NCBI GenBank assembly: GCA_034780895.1
Contig: JAUZTB010000002.1
Location: 44,985,576 to 45,049,575 of the forward strand
Reading direction: 5' to 3'
Source: Rhynchobatus australiae
Taxonomy: Eukaryota
Length of the DNA: 64,000 nt
A model generated the notes under the pieces. The model ran no database searches. It had not been told where the DNA came from and saw only the letters and a list, made by a program, of their open reading frames with translations. Shown here piece by piece: positions 22,876 to 36,544 of the stretch. The first letter of the stretch is position 1, and the number at the start of each line of letters is the position of its first letter. Position numbers and translations under genes: made by a program.

Positions 22876-25800
22876 CAAGCAGAGGGTTCAGAGGGCATAG
22901 TTTAATGTCAGAGTACCATATAAATCATGGTGGAACCAATGGATGGTTAGCTCAATTCCTTTCTTAGTTGCAGGGACTCAGAATTTAAGTCCTATTCACC
23001 TGTCTATTGACAGATCTCAAGATTCACCATCAGAAGACAAGAGATTATTTTTGTTGCTTCAAGGAATATTAAAAAGTCTGATGCTGTCTTTGGAAAGTGT
23101 AACTCATCGCAAAGATGCTCAATGGAGCTTTTATCACTTTCAGGTACTTCTGTAGTGGGTAGCCCATTATAGAAGCCCTTTGCTCAACTGAAGAATCTTT
23201 TGTGAATAAATGCATTGATTCCATATAAGCTCTTGTGTTTCAAGAGTATTGCAGCTTTGTGTGTAGGAATCTAATTATCCTGGAATTTTGTATAGTTTGT
23301 GGCAGAACTGGAATATCCTGTCCCTTTGCTCCACTTGTGTGATTAGATTGATGGTGATTTTGTCCCCTGGGCTGCCTATTGATTTTTATCATCTTTATGT
23401 AGCTTGGAAGGAACCGTAAGGATGAAACTTCAGGTTGGTGCTGAGGTTGATTTTTTTTTTGTTAAGCTTGCCTGCAACTCAAATTTCAGTCTATAGCACT
23501 ACTCAGTCACTGCTAATCAGCACCTGCCAGATGAAGCAGAGCCTACAATGCCAGTTGTACCTCATCTGTGAATGTAGAGGTAAAGATAANNNNNNNNNNN
23601 NNNNNNNNNNNNNNNNNNNNNNNNNNNNNNNNNNNNNNNNNNNNNNNNNNNNNNNNNNNNNNNNNNNNNNNNNNNNNNNNNNNNNNNNNAAAGATAAGGT
23701 GAAGTCAATGTATTCTTCATCTGGGATAAGTGCTTCACATTCCTCCTTATGTCATGAAGAGCATAAAGCCTGAAAATTAAATGGTGACCACTTTGTCTGT
23801 GACCAAACCCCTGGTGTGAAAAGTCAGAAATCCAAACATAAATCATAATAATTTGCAGTTGTTTCTTTGTTATCCTGTATAGACGGCATCTCCATTTGTT
23901 GCTTGCAAGGCAAGTAATGGTTAGGAGCAGGGAATGGCATCTACGTCAGGCAAGCTTAGATGAATTGAGATAGATATATATACAAGTTATCTCCTTTAGC
24001 TGTAGGCAAATTGGATGGATGGCTACAGTCACAGGAGCAACTTGCTAACTCACCTTTAATATCTAGGTGAATTCAAAAGAATGTCAGCATTTGGCAGGCA
24101 AGTGCTGGATATACACCCCTGTCCTATAATAATACAATGATCTCCCAGTGACCAAACAAAATCTGCTGGCGCCTGTCTTGAGGGGCCCCGGCCAACTCAA
24201 CACTGGTGTAACCTGCAGGATCACATATTCAGGAGCTGTGGGGCTCAGTTTAAGAATCCAATACTCATGTTAATAATCTGGGCTACAACAATGAAACATC
24301 TGGTAATACAGCTTGAATTCTTGAAAGCCATTAACCTTCATTGTACAATTTACGTGGCTGGATGAAAAGAGCAACATTTTCTTAAAAACATCTGGAAATC
24401 ACAACTTCAGGAAAAGTGATGTACATGTTTAATGAAGCTCCCACCCATCTTGCCCAATGGTAGTGAAGCCAGCCTGACGGGGATGTGGCAAGCATATTTC
24501 TTGCCAGATTACCTTTATCTGTAAATACTTTGAAAAATCTGGCCTCTGCTATCATGCTAGTTATTAAAATGAAATAGGAATTATATACCATATTGAAAAG
24601 ATGGAACTTAAATTAGTTACAATTTTTCTGAGGAGAACTTTCAGAAAGCTTGTAAATTGCTGCCTGTCCTCTAGGTTTTGTAAGGCCATTTACTGCAATG
24701 ATGAGTGTTAATGCAATGAACAATATATTTTCTAAGCCTATTTAGACTAGCTATCACCCTGTTTACAAGTCTTAACAGTCCAGACAATCAGCTATTGGTT
24801 CCCATTGTTATACCAAAGGTCACAAATATAGATAGAAGATATTAAATGATTCGACTTCAACTTGTGGTGAAAGTGTTAGAATTGCCAGAATTCAGTGGTG
24901 CTGTGGTTTCCTTCAAGGTTTTAGTACATCTCTGTAGAAGTAACAGGACATAAATGTGCTGATTTATATTGTAGGCAGATGCATGGCCACATGACGTGGC
25001 TGTCTGAGATTTAGAGAAAACTGGAAAGCTCACTTGGTGCTATGTGCCATGTTTAAACCAACCAGACGATCCACTTACTGACGTGATCCAACAAACCTGC
25101 AGTCAGTCTCAAGCTGGTAAGTAAATAGGGCTTTTAAGCAATGCATGACATGATGCATACTGAAATGTGGAGCACTATGTTGGCTGCAGCCTTTGTAGTG
25201 GATGTTGCAAAGTGCTATTCCCTTATCATACACAAATTTAGCTCATCCTACTTGGGAGAGCATAACTATACTGGTGTATGACTAGGGTATTTTGTTTTAA
25301 GTATGTTATTGCTAAAGTCACAATATATTTGCCTTTAATCTGGTCAAAAATCTGAGTTTCATGATAACATTTTATCTTAAATCTTTCCAAAGCTTGCCCC
25401 ATTGTAATTTTCCTGCACTAATCCTGTAAAGAATTGAGCATGAGCCTATTTTCTTGTGTGCTTGTTAATGAGATTGGTTACTTACCGCTGAGAGCAGCAT
25501 GTTAGCTTTGGCAGACATGTTACATTTAGCACAATTATTGCCAGACCCTGTTTTCCACATTGTATTAAACACAAATTTAATGGGTTGCCTTAAACTGGCT
25601 GCAAACATTAAGTAAGTAAATTATAAGGCAGTGAATCTCATTGAAATACTCAAGACTGCCATTTTCTATATTTTGCAGTATATGCATGAAACTTAAGTGC
25701 CAGAAACCACATTTCGTATCTTTGATACTTTCAGTATGTACCAAGTAAAAGGGCAGAATTGGAAGCAGTGGAGAAGAGAACTGATTAAATAATAAGCATA

Positions 25801-26779
25801 AAATAATGGAGTAAAAGATTTTAAAATAGCATTAAAAACTCTCAAACATAATCTGAGAGGCATGTAGCCAGGAATATTGTTTTCATCTATTTTCTACAAA
25901 TTTCAACCTAAACGTGAATGCAACATATGAAAGTATCTGGGGAAAAGAATAAATAGCCAAGGTGGTCATGGAGGTTTCTAGATCAGGGCCATCTGTGGAG
26001 GACATAGCTTTGTGGTACATCATTTGATCACATCAAATTGCTCCTTCACATGATTTAGTTTGATATAGCTTGACTGGGTGAAACTGTTCAACATCCAGGA
26101 TAAGGAGTTTAGGATAAACCAGATGCAGCACATCAGCCGGGATTACACTTAAGTATGCCCCTATTATCTATTAGGTTGACCTCAGACTAGTTTGGTAATC
26201 ATCAAGAAGAGTACCATCCCTCAGCTGCTTGTAGGATTGCAGATTTCATACCAATAGTTAGTGGGTAGTCAATGAAACAGTTAATCTTTTAAAGTAGCTC
26301 CACTGAAGTTTCATACATTGTAACAGTAATTATGCTTTAAAACAAAAAGTTTTTTATTAGTATTGGAATATACGAACTTTTGAAATGTTTAATACAGAAG
26401 TAAAAGTTTTCTTTTTATTTTTCTTTTTACTTCATGTGCTAGAAGTTAGAAATGTTTTGTTTCATACCCTTTCCCATCTCATTTTCCTCTGCTAAATCCC
26501 TGCTCGCTCTTCAGAATTAAGTACTTTGGCAGTTGAAAGAATGACGTACAACAACATGATGCACTAGTCATGAATTTNNNNNNNNNNNNNNNNNNNNNNN
26601 NNNNNNNNNNNNNNNNNNNGTCTACTGAACTGACATATTTGCTATCAAACTTCCCATATAATGGAAATGAGTGTTACGCCTCTGATTTACATGCTATATT
26701 GTATGGCACTAATGTTTGATTTATTAACAACCAATCTTATGGAGAAAAAGATGGAAGTTACAATTATATGATTTTGTTT

Positions 26780-27145
26780 ATGACTAAGGTTCCCCCAAAT
26801 TGTTTCATAACTAAATAAATGTTTTTGAATTGCAGTTATTGTTGTAATGCAGAGAAGTGCAGCATAAAATTTGCACCCAGCAAAATCCCATAAAGTGTAA
26901 TGAGATAAATGTCCATATAACTGGATATATTTGAAGGATACATTTGACAGAATGTTTGAACTTCCTTAGTTGTCTTTGTACGTAGGATCCTTCATGTTCA
27001 CTTTAAATGTTCAGTCCTGAGTTAGTATTTATTACAGAACACAACATTCACCTGTAACACAGTGAAATAGCAGTGTAGATGATATACGCACATCTCTGGA
27101 ACTCAGGACTTTCCAACTCAGCAGGGACAATGCCGCCCTTGACCT
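26780..27145 (-). mobile_element. DeuSINE-like SINE, decayed
   Basis: ttgttgtaatgcagagaagtgcagc...aatttgcacccagcaaaatcccataaa...ttccaactcag; similar to 5950-6350. Confidence 0.55.
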
Positions 27146-27504
27146 TAAATAAGTCTGAGACGTTATAAGGATCATTGTTTATTTGCCATTACTACATAAA
27201 ATAATAAACAATATAATAATCAATTTTTCAAGAAGGAACAAAAATGTGCTGGAGACGCTGGAAATCTTAAATAAAAGCAGGAATTCTGATAATAGAGAGC
27301 CCTTGATTTATGAATTTTTGCTGCAATCCATTGACTTGTTTGACCATGTGCCCTTGGATTTACAAGGCTTTCTCTGCTATGACAAAAAGCATGCCAATCT
27401 GCTCCCATAACATATTTCATACATCCAGCAATGCCATCTTCTGTTCTTCAAGATCTTCAAGGTTTTAACTGCTCCATTTATTATTGGGATTCAGCACAAT
27501 TCAT

Positions 27505-27632
27505 TTTGATGAAGGGTCAAGACCTGAAATGTTGACCATCTATTTCCCTCCTCAGATGCTGCCTGACCCGCTGAGTTACTCCAGCATCTTGCTTGTTGCT
27601 CCAGATTCTAGCATCTTCAATCTCCTGTGTCC
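27505..27632 (+). mobile_element. Penelope-derived short repeat with the best-preserved hammerhead-like stem II
   Basis: tTGATGA-AGGGTC-aa-GACCT-GAAAtgttgac then cagatgctgcctgacccgctgagttactccagc. Confidence 0.75.
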
Positions 27633-27699
27633 CAATTTATTTTGTGTATCCTTCAAGGTGGCTTCAAAAGTCTTTCCTTTTAGAAATCACAGCAAACCA

Positions 27700-29200
27700 T
27701 AAGTATTAATGCAAAGTTGGATGCAAGTAATATAAATGAAAAAGGTGAGTATTTGGTGGACACCCACCATTCATTAAATGTCATTGTACTGACAGTGCAA
27801 ACAATTCTTAACAATGTAGACAAAATGAAAGTCAGTGCCCAAAACATTATCCCTGGAACTGCATTGCATGGTAAAAAGAGTAAAGATATTAAAATGGAGA
27901 GAATAGTAAAAAGGATTAAATATATGAATAAAAATCAGAAACAACAGAATGTACCACTGAGTTTGATAATGGCTGATGAGAAAGTAATATTATTATGGCA
28001 AGTTTTGAAAGAATGTGAGGAGATGGTGGATCTTTTGAAGATACATGCAAATCTACATAGTGTTCATCTTGTGGAAGGAGTCTAAGAAAGATGCCAAGGT
28101 GGCAGAAAATTTACCAAAAGAGCTAAAGCAAATCATTAAGAAAGGAAAATGCACTTGTAAACAAGTGTTTTATATGGATGAGACTGGACTTTTTGGAAGA
28201 GGATGCATATCTCTCAAGCATATTCATCTCAGCCAATGGGAAAACTGTTTTAGCCTTCAAGGCAGCTAAAAATAGCCTTACTCATCTTTAAAGGCAACAT
28301 TGAGGGTGACAGTAAGTTTAAGCATCCCTTAATCTACCACTTCAAGAATGCAAGGTGTTCTAAATGGATATTCAAAAGTCAATTTCCCATTGGTGTAGCA
28401 ATCTAAAAAAAAGGATGAGTGCTGCTGTTCCAAGATTATATCATGTTGTTTCTCTCCTCTTTCATTGAATGATTATATGTAAGGAAAAGCCTGGGCAATA
28501 GAGCCTTGTTAATCATAACAAGCCCCCTGGACATCTTGTTAACATCAAGGACATGGCTGACAACATCTGGGTAGGCTTTTGTCTGCTAAAACCATTTAAT
28601 GAGTGTAACCCATGAACCAGGGTGCTATCACTAAATTCAAGGGTTACTATCTGCAGGGCATAATATCATTTAGGAGTCAAGTGGCAATGTCAAACTTGTA
28701 GAAATTTGGAAGAAGTACATATCATGATAGCCAAAGACTATCTCTTGGGTTGATATAACTCATGCAACAATGAATGGGAAAATAAAACAACTGCAGATAC
28801 TAGAAATCTAAAATAAAAGCAGGAAGTGTTGGAAATACTTAACAGGTCGGACTGCATCTGTGGGAGGAGAAACAGAGTTAACATCTGAGTTCTGACCCAC
28901 AATCAATGTGGTGTGGAGGATATTATGGCCAGGATATGCGCACAATTCCCATAGGTTGATAAACATGTAAATATTATAAGACAATAAGGTGAAGAGCTGA
29001 CAAACAAGGATCTGAGAAGAGAAACAAGTAGCCATCAACAGCACCATCACCATGAAAATATCTCGCTACAGAAAAACTTTTGGAGATGTTCTGCTACATC
29101 AAGAAGGTGACAGTTTGAAATGCAGCATTAGATGTGGCCACAAGATAAAAATTGCTGTGCTTAGCTTTAAGGACCTTTATCAGATGTAAAGAGAGGTCTG
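27700..29200 (+). mobile_element. Tigger/pogo DNA transposon, transposase disrupted by stops and frameshifts
   Basis: NQKQQNVPLS (CENP-B-type HTH region), QVFYMDETGLF (first catalytic D, about 28170), PGH-like motif about 28520, PMNQGAITKFKGYYL (about 28610; canonical PMDQG.I..FK.YY); Penelope-derived insert at 28780-28885. Confidence 0.85.
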
Positions 29201-30104
29201 CCCAGGTTCCCTTCAACACCTTCCTTAAACCTCATTCATCACCCACCCAAGTTCATTGTGGGAAGAACCCTTACCTTCAACATTGCAAGCTCCATTAAGT
29301 TCAGGTCATTATCACCACCATCACCCGAACATCAATGAGAACTCTGCCTCTCATCTCCTTCACTGCCACCTTGACCTGCAAAGCCGCCACTAGCACATAC
29401 AGATGGCAATGGAACAAGAGGACATCACAAGGCCCCCCAAGCCACTCTGTCATTCAAAAAGACCGTGGCTGATCTGATTGCAACCTATTCCACATCCCTG
29501 CTTGTAAAGGTGACCTTTTACATCCTTGCTTTACAAGAATTTTCTCTTTTCAAGGGACTCTTGTATTAAATGCTAAAATCATTTTGCTAGCTTTTTATTT
29601 TCATTTCAAGGGCTGCACTTGGGTAAAAAAAAGGCTTTTGATTTTGATTCATTATGATTATCCATAGGTAGCTGACAAATTTCCATCAGTTCTCTAAATT
29701 TTGCAGGGAGAAGGTGTTGTGGAGTTGTGAGAGTGAAGATTTAATGGAACTATTGTCTGAAATTTCAATATTTCACTACTTCAGGCACCTTGGATCATTT
29801 AATTTTTCTGAAAAAGACAAAATTTGAAATGTAATACCTTAAAAACATAAGATCTTTGCATTATTTTCGCCTGAAAGTTATTTTTTTTTGTAATTAGCAC
29901 GTGAACATTCAGTATCATTGGAGAAAATGACTAATTTTACAGAGGTATTAACCCATTTATTTTGAGTTGCCTTGTGCAATAAAAAGAATTATCTAAAATG
30001 ATTAAATAACTCAAATCTGGTTAGCAATGGTCTAATTTTTGTCTTCAGACTAACTTTTCACTTAATAGTTCTTCAGTTGCTGTATGTATTCACTTGTAGT
30101 ATAT

Positions 30105-30225
30105 ATTGTGGTTACGGAAAGAAGGCAGGAGAATGAGGTTAAGGGGGAAAAATAAATCAGCCATGATCAAATGGCAGAGCAAACTCGATGGGCTGAATGG
30201 CCTAATTCTGCTCTTGTGTCTTATG
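30105..30225 (+). mobile_element. CR1 3' tail
   Basis: atcagccatgatcaaatggcagagcaaactcgatgggctgaatggcctaattctgctc...tcttatgg. Confidence 0.8.
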
Positions 30226-31174
30226 GGCAATCATTTAGTGGACAGGAATGCAATAAATAAGAGCAGTTATGCTTGTTTATTTTCAATGGTTATCTTTTAC
30301 TATTAAAATAGGAAATATTCTGTATTGAGGGAGTGCATAGAATTAGCATTTGGTTATACATATAATTCAAACATGTTTTTTCTGATATATTACTGAAACT
30401 GGTCCAATTATATAATGATTNNNNNNNNNNNNNNNNNNNNNNNNNNNNNNNNNNNNNNNNNNNNNNNNNNNNNNNNNNNNNNNNNNNNNNNNNNNNNNNN
30501 NNNNNNNNNNNNNNNNNNNNNNNNNNNNNNNNNNNNNNNNNNNNNNNNNNNNNNNNNNNNNNNNNNNNNNNNNNNNNNNNNNNNNNNNNNNNNNNNNNNN
30601 NNNNNNNNNNNNNNNNNNNNNNNNNNNNNNNNNNNNNNNNNNNNNNNNNNNNNNNNNNNNNNNNNNNNNNNNNNNNNNNNNNNNNNNNNNNNNNNNNNNN
30701 NNNNNNNNNNNNNNNNNNNNNNNNNNNNNNNNNNNNNNNNNNNNNNNNNNNNNNNNNNNNNNNNNNNNNNNNNNNNNNNNNNNNNNNNNNNNNNNNNNNN
30801 NNNNNNNNNNNNNNNNNNNNNNNNNNNNNNNNNNNNNNNNNNNNNNNNNNNNNNNNNNNNNNNNNNNNNNNNNNNNNNNNNNNNNNNNNNNNNNNNNNNN
30901 NNNNNNNNNNNNNNNTACCAGATTTATATTTCCACTGATAACATTAGATGTGAAAAGCAGATGCATTCTTTGGCAGGTTGGCAGCTTATCAACCAGGCTT
31001 GTCCAGTTGATCACCCAACTGAAGAAGACCAATATGCAGCCACCCATTTATAAGCTGTTAAAATCATTGCTCGGGTTTGGAACAGAGATATGATAATAGC
31101 ATGAATATGCTGGGTCATGAGTTTGAGATTACATTAAGTTTGGAAACGATTGAAGTTTTTTCTGTGCCTGATGA

Positions 31175-31450
31175 AGCAAATTTGCATTTATATGACATTA
31201 TATCATTTTTATTTGACAATTTAAAACTGTCACAAGCAAGAATTACTTTTTGAGTTTGACTTTGTTAAAACTATGGCAAATGCTGCAGTCAATTTTCACA
31301 CCACAGTTATGTAAACTGACAGATATAGCTTCTATTTAATATGTCGGGAATGCTGGTAACACCAACACATCAACCCCTCTCATGCTCCAGTCTTAGTGCA
31401 GGATTTGACATAAGTCTGAGGGAACAGTGCTGTCAGCCAAACCAGTCCAT
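31175..31450 (-). mobile_element. DeuSINE-like remnant
   Basis: tttgcatttatatgaca tail and gcagtcaattttcacacc core similar to the other copies; very decayed. Confidence 0.4.
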
Positions 31451-31538
31451 CCGTTATGTTGCTTCTGAAATAGAGATCTTGGGCTTTCAATTGTATCACT
31501 GATGTAAACATTTGCTAAAATGGTGTTGTTTGGGGGAC

Positions 31539-31541
<3 letters not shown>

Positions 31542-31598
<57 letters not shown>
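31542..31598. repeat. (CT)n microsatellite, about 28 units
   Basis: Directly visible perfect dinucleotide run. Confidence 0.98.
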
Positions 31599-31603
<5 letters not shown>

Positions 31604-32217
31604 GCGAGACAGAGATAGGCTTGAGAGTCTGATTACCTGGTTCCTAATGCAATAAGGAACAGTAACACTATGTTGTTACCAATATCTCACCATTGCCGAA
31701 GATCTTAGAGCAGATGTTCTCAACATAACTTCTGCTGGAAGAAGTAAGGTGGATTAGGGTCAGTTGATGATAAAAATGATGGAGTAGATGGAGGAGTGGA
31801 TATCTCACTTGTCCAGCACCTGATTGGCTTCTATAGTAATTGAGATGGGCACTTGGCATGAGGATCCACCCCTCGCTCAAGGAAGTGGAAAGTCTCAACA
31901 CAAAATGCTAAGGTCTGGGGCATCGATGCATTGGGAAAGAATCCATAATTGTCCTTCATGATAAGTGTTCCAACAAAGGCTTAGACAAGGATTGTCATTT
32001 TAAGGAGTGTTTGGTAGGGTCAGGGTATAAAAATTCAATATTTATTAATGAACATTTGTATAGAATAAAAGCTCCTGTAAGGGATTATTTTATTCCAGGT
32101 GAAATGAAAGGCACTTAAAATGCAGGAATTTTTGGTACATCAACACAGTTGTTGGTGAAACTGTTCATCAATCCAGCAATAACCATAGAGCAGATTCTTG
32201 GGGAAAAATTCTTGGGG

Positions 32218-33402
32218 AATTGGACCTACTGCAATTTGCCCACCAACACAACAGGTCTACAGCGGACGCAATCTCACTCTTGGAGCACCTAGATCATTGC
32301 AAGACATACGTCAGACTACTGTTTATCGATTATAGCTCAGCATTCAACACCATAATTCCCTCAGTATTAATAAACAAGCTTCAAAATCTGGGCCTCTGTA
32401 CCTCCCTCNNNNNNNNNNNNNNNNNNNNNNNNNNNNNNNNNNNNNNNNNNNNNNNNNNNNNNNNNNNNNNNNNNNNCTCCTCACTGATATCAACACAAGT
32501 GCACCTCAAGGATGTGTGCTTAGCCCACTGCTCTATTCTCTCTGCACTCATGACTGTGTGACTCAGCACAGCTCAAACACCATCTATAAATATGCCAATG
32601 GCACCACTGTTGTTGGTAGAATCTCAGATGGTGATGAGGAGGCTTACAGGAGTCAGATAGATCGGCTGGTTGAGTGGTGACACAACAACCTCGCACTCAA
32701 CATCATCAAGACTAAGGAACTGATTTTGGACTTCAGAAAGTGGAAGTCAAGAGAACACACACCAGTCTTCATTGAGGGGTCAGTGGTGGAAAGGGTGAGC
32801 AGCTTCAAGTTCCTGGGCCTCAACATCTCAGAGGATCTATCCTGGACCCAACACATTGATGCAATCATGAAGAAGGCATGCCAGCAGCTCTACTTCATTA
32901 GGAGTTTGAGGAGATTTAGTATGTCACCAAAGACTCTTCTAAATTTCTATAGATGTATGGTGGAGAGCATTCTGACTGGTTGCATTTCAGCCTGGTATGG
33001 AGCCTCTAATGCACAGGATCGCAAGAGGCTGTAGAGTGTTATAGACTCAGCCAGCTCCATCACAGTCACAACCCTCCCCACTATTAAGGACATCTTCAAG
33101 AGATAATGCATCAAGAAGGTGGCATCCATCACTAAGGACCCTCGCCATCCAGGATATGCCCTCTTGTTACTACCATCAGGGAGGAGGTACAGGAAGATGG
33201 AAACTCGATGATTCAGGAACAGTTTCTTCCTCTCTGCCATCACATTTCTGAATGATCCATGAACCCATGAACACTACCTCATTATTCCTTTTGTTTTGCA
33301 CTATTTATTTATATTTGTAATTTATAGATATTTATATCTTTGCACTCTACAGCTGCCACAAAACAACAAATTTCACTTCATATGTCAGTGATTCTGATTC
33401 TG
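32218..33402 (+). mobile_element. Rex1/Babar LINE, 5'-truncated RT and C-terminus
   Basis: [16 protein letters not shown]...[18 protein letters not shown]; degenerate KYANGTTVVG (canonical KFADDTTVVG); VERVSSFKFLG.NISEDLSW; (GATTCT)n tail; in-frame stops. Confidence 0.92.
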
Positions 33403-34099
33403 AAAACAAAAGAACAAAAAGTGTCCAGATTATTGGCCATATCGTGCTGGAGTATACCATCTGGCCGTAACAGCCACGCACATTCCCTCACACTTACACT
33501 TTCTTGAGTGGGATGAGGGCCTGAGGAGGGATAGCTCTCCATATCCTTGAGTCCAGTGGTGAGGCCCTGTAGGATATAATGTCTCAGGTGGTGTAATGTA
33601 GAGGCTATTCCCTCCGAAACACTGGTGCCAATAAAAAGGCTATGTCCTCAAGCTACCTCTGTCAGAAAGTGACAGACGGCAAAACCAACAGTGAGTTTGC
33701 TTTTAAGTATCTCTGACATTATTAAAAATGGAGTTAAAACCAGAAGGTAAAACTGAGGGCTGAGTTCTGTCTACTGTCAAAGCTGTTGTTTCTTTTTTTA
33801 AATGTATTTAATATGCAGAGAGTTATGAATTATGAAGATTAATGAAAATAATAAAAAAATAAAGATTTAAAACAGTGGTTAAGATACTTCAAAATGTTAT
33901 GAAATAAGCAATAGCATTAAAATAAAGTGAGTCTAAAACTGCCACCTTTTTCTTGTTATTCCCTCAACTGGCAATCCCCTTCAACTGAATCAGCATGGAT
34001 CCCGTGCCAAGCCTGGCTGGTGTAGGATGGGAGAAGTGGTTTCCGGAGCAGAATGCTGGAGAGCCCCACATTATCCCTGTGGCTCTGCTATAGGACTCC

Positions 34100-34655
34100 A
34101 TAAGCAAATACATCAAGCAGGCAAATGGTATATTAGACTTCATTGCATGAGGATTTGAGTATAGAAGCAAGAACATCTTTCTACAATTATACAGGACCTG
34201 GGTGAGACCACATCTGGAGCGTTGTGTGCAGTTTTAGAGTCAGGATATATTGCCAGAGAGAGAGTGCAGCAAAAGTTCACCAGACTGATTGCTAGGATGG
34301 TAGGACAGGTTATATAGTCTAGATTTGTATTCACTAGAGTTTAGAAGAATAAAAGGGAATCTAATTGAAATTCTGTCCGGACTAGGGAATGTGGGGAGGA
34401 TATTTCCCTGTTTCCCCTGGCTGGGGGTGGTGAATGTGTGGGTAAGACTGTGGAATTCACTATCACAGAGGGCTGTGGAGGCCAAATCACCGAACATAAC
34501 TAAGAAGGAGATAGGTGAATTTCGAGACGCAAAAAGATTAAAGGGGAATGGGGAGAATTGGAATATGGTATTAAGACAGAGGACCAGCTGTGCTTGTATT
34601 GAGCAGATAAGCAAGCTTTAAGGGCCAAATGGCCCGATCCTTTACTTTCTGTTTC
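34100..34655 (+). mobile_element. CR1 LINE 3' fragment with internal deletions
   Basis: YSLEFRRIKGNLIE, RLWNSLSQRAVEA, and tail agggccaaatggcc. Confidence 0.85.
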
Positions 34656-36544
34656 TGAGAGTCTGATGATGGAGCAGGACACTCTGGTGCTTTTCTGTCT
34701 TTTATGCAAACATTGTTAGTGGATCTTTATTTCAAGGAACAGGAGAAACAGGAACAATGAGAAAGAATGTTTCTTGTTACTTTTTCAACATAATTTTAAA
34801 AAAATTGAATTAACCTTCTTCCCCACAGCCTACAATTATAATCGCAAAAACTGCAGAATGGAATTGTAATGTAAATATTAAGGAAAATTTTAAAGTAGAC
34901 CTTAGATAGTCTGACAGAACAAATGATTCTGACCCTTAATAATTCTCACTTTTACAGTGTGGCATTATTTTAGGCAGTAATGAAAAGTTGTAACAAATTT
35001 TGGACATGAGTACAGTAAGTCATTGTTGGGACCCTGCATAATTTGCTCTTGTTTTGTCATGAGCCTGTGAACCTTTCCTAACTTTGATCTTGAGAACAAT
35101 AATGAGTTCTCACATTATCAACTCAGAGCTGGGAATTCAAAAAATTCTTTTCCATAATGGGGGGATGCTTTGACTCCTGACAGAATTCACTGACACAGCA
35201 TCAGCGTGAACAAAGCTGTGGCTATTTTCCCATGCTGTGTAGTTACTGTTCCTGACAGTTCTGGTAGAGACCAGGACAAGAAGTTATAAAGTAACAAACC
35301 ATCTGCAAATGAGTTACATCCTGTGGTTCCTGAAAGCACTGCTCCCTGTGTTTATACATAAAGGGTGTAAAGAGAACTAAGGATATGAAGGGATTTTTTT
35401 TAAAGCCTCACAGTGCCAGTTGAGTCTTGTAAACACCGGGAAATGGGAGCTGTAATTCCCTTATCAATGCCAATGAAAGCACAACCATGTGCAGTGTTTT
35501 CATTATTCCCCAAAAATACACCTAGCTGTTGATGCCACGACTTAAAAATAAAATCATGCCCATAGTCTTCAAATTCGCAGTAATTATTTACTTGGATTTT
35601 TGAGGGGTGAAATGCTGGTAGACCTGGCTTCATCTATGCTCTGCCACAGGACTCCCCATGGAGCCCAGCAGAGGAGTTCCATCTTACTGGGGTTGTCCAT
35701 TGCTTATCCTGAGGAATCTGTTCTTGGATCCTCTGCCAGGAGCCCCACTGATTTCAAATGGAACTGTAGGCTGTGGGGATGAATGGGAAGAAGATACGCT
35801 CCTTTTTAAAGTTATTTGTGCTTCTTAATGAGTTTATTGTTCAGAAGGGTTTGGTGTTTTTGTTGAGTTTTAAAATTTTTCTTCAATTATTTATTCTGTT
35901 TTAATAATTTTTAATTGCTTCTGAATTTCAGACCCATTCAGAAATACTTGATCCTCCAATACCTGCTAAAGGTTTGCTGGTGTTAAAGATTTTCAGCAAA
36001 TTTCACAGTAGGTCCTTCTCTGTCACACTGTTTGAGGCCCTTATATTGCCTTGGGACTTATTCCTGGGCTCCATGGTGATTTGGGCAAGCAAGACAGACT
36101 TGATTTGGATCAGTTAAGTTAAGGAGAATGTTGTTGGCATGTGGACAGCTTTGTGTCAGTGAAATCTAGCCCACTGACTTTGAAATATTGAGGTTGAACT
36201 TTCTTATTAGTTATAAACTTATTTGTCATTTTCTTTTTTTTAAAAAAAAGGCTTATCCCTTATATCTAATATAATTCATTATCATTACCAGTTGACTCTA
36301 AATGGGGGCACATTACAATATTTTCTTAAACATCTCCAAGATAGTACCTAACTACTCTTTAAATTCAAGCTCAACTATAAGCTGTCAATATGTCTTCAAG
36401 TTGCTTAATATGCTCACCAGGTGTCCCTGATCTTTCCTCCTTTTTCATAATGCCAGCTTTTGTCATGTTTCCTAGACCCTTAAAATATATTTGTTAAATC
36501 ATTTGCTATAGTCAGAGTTTCCCTCATTTCCTCTCTGAATGGGA

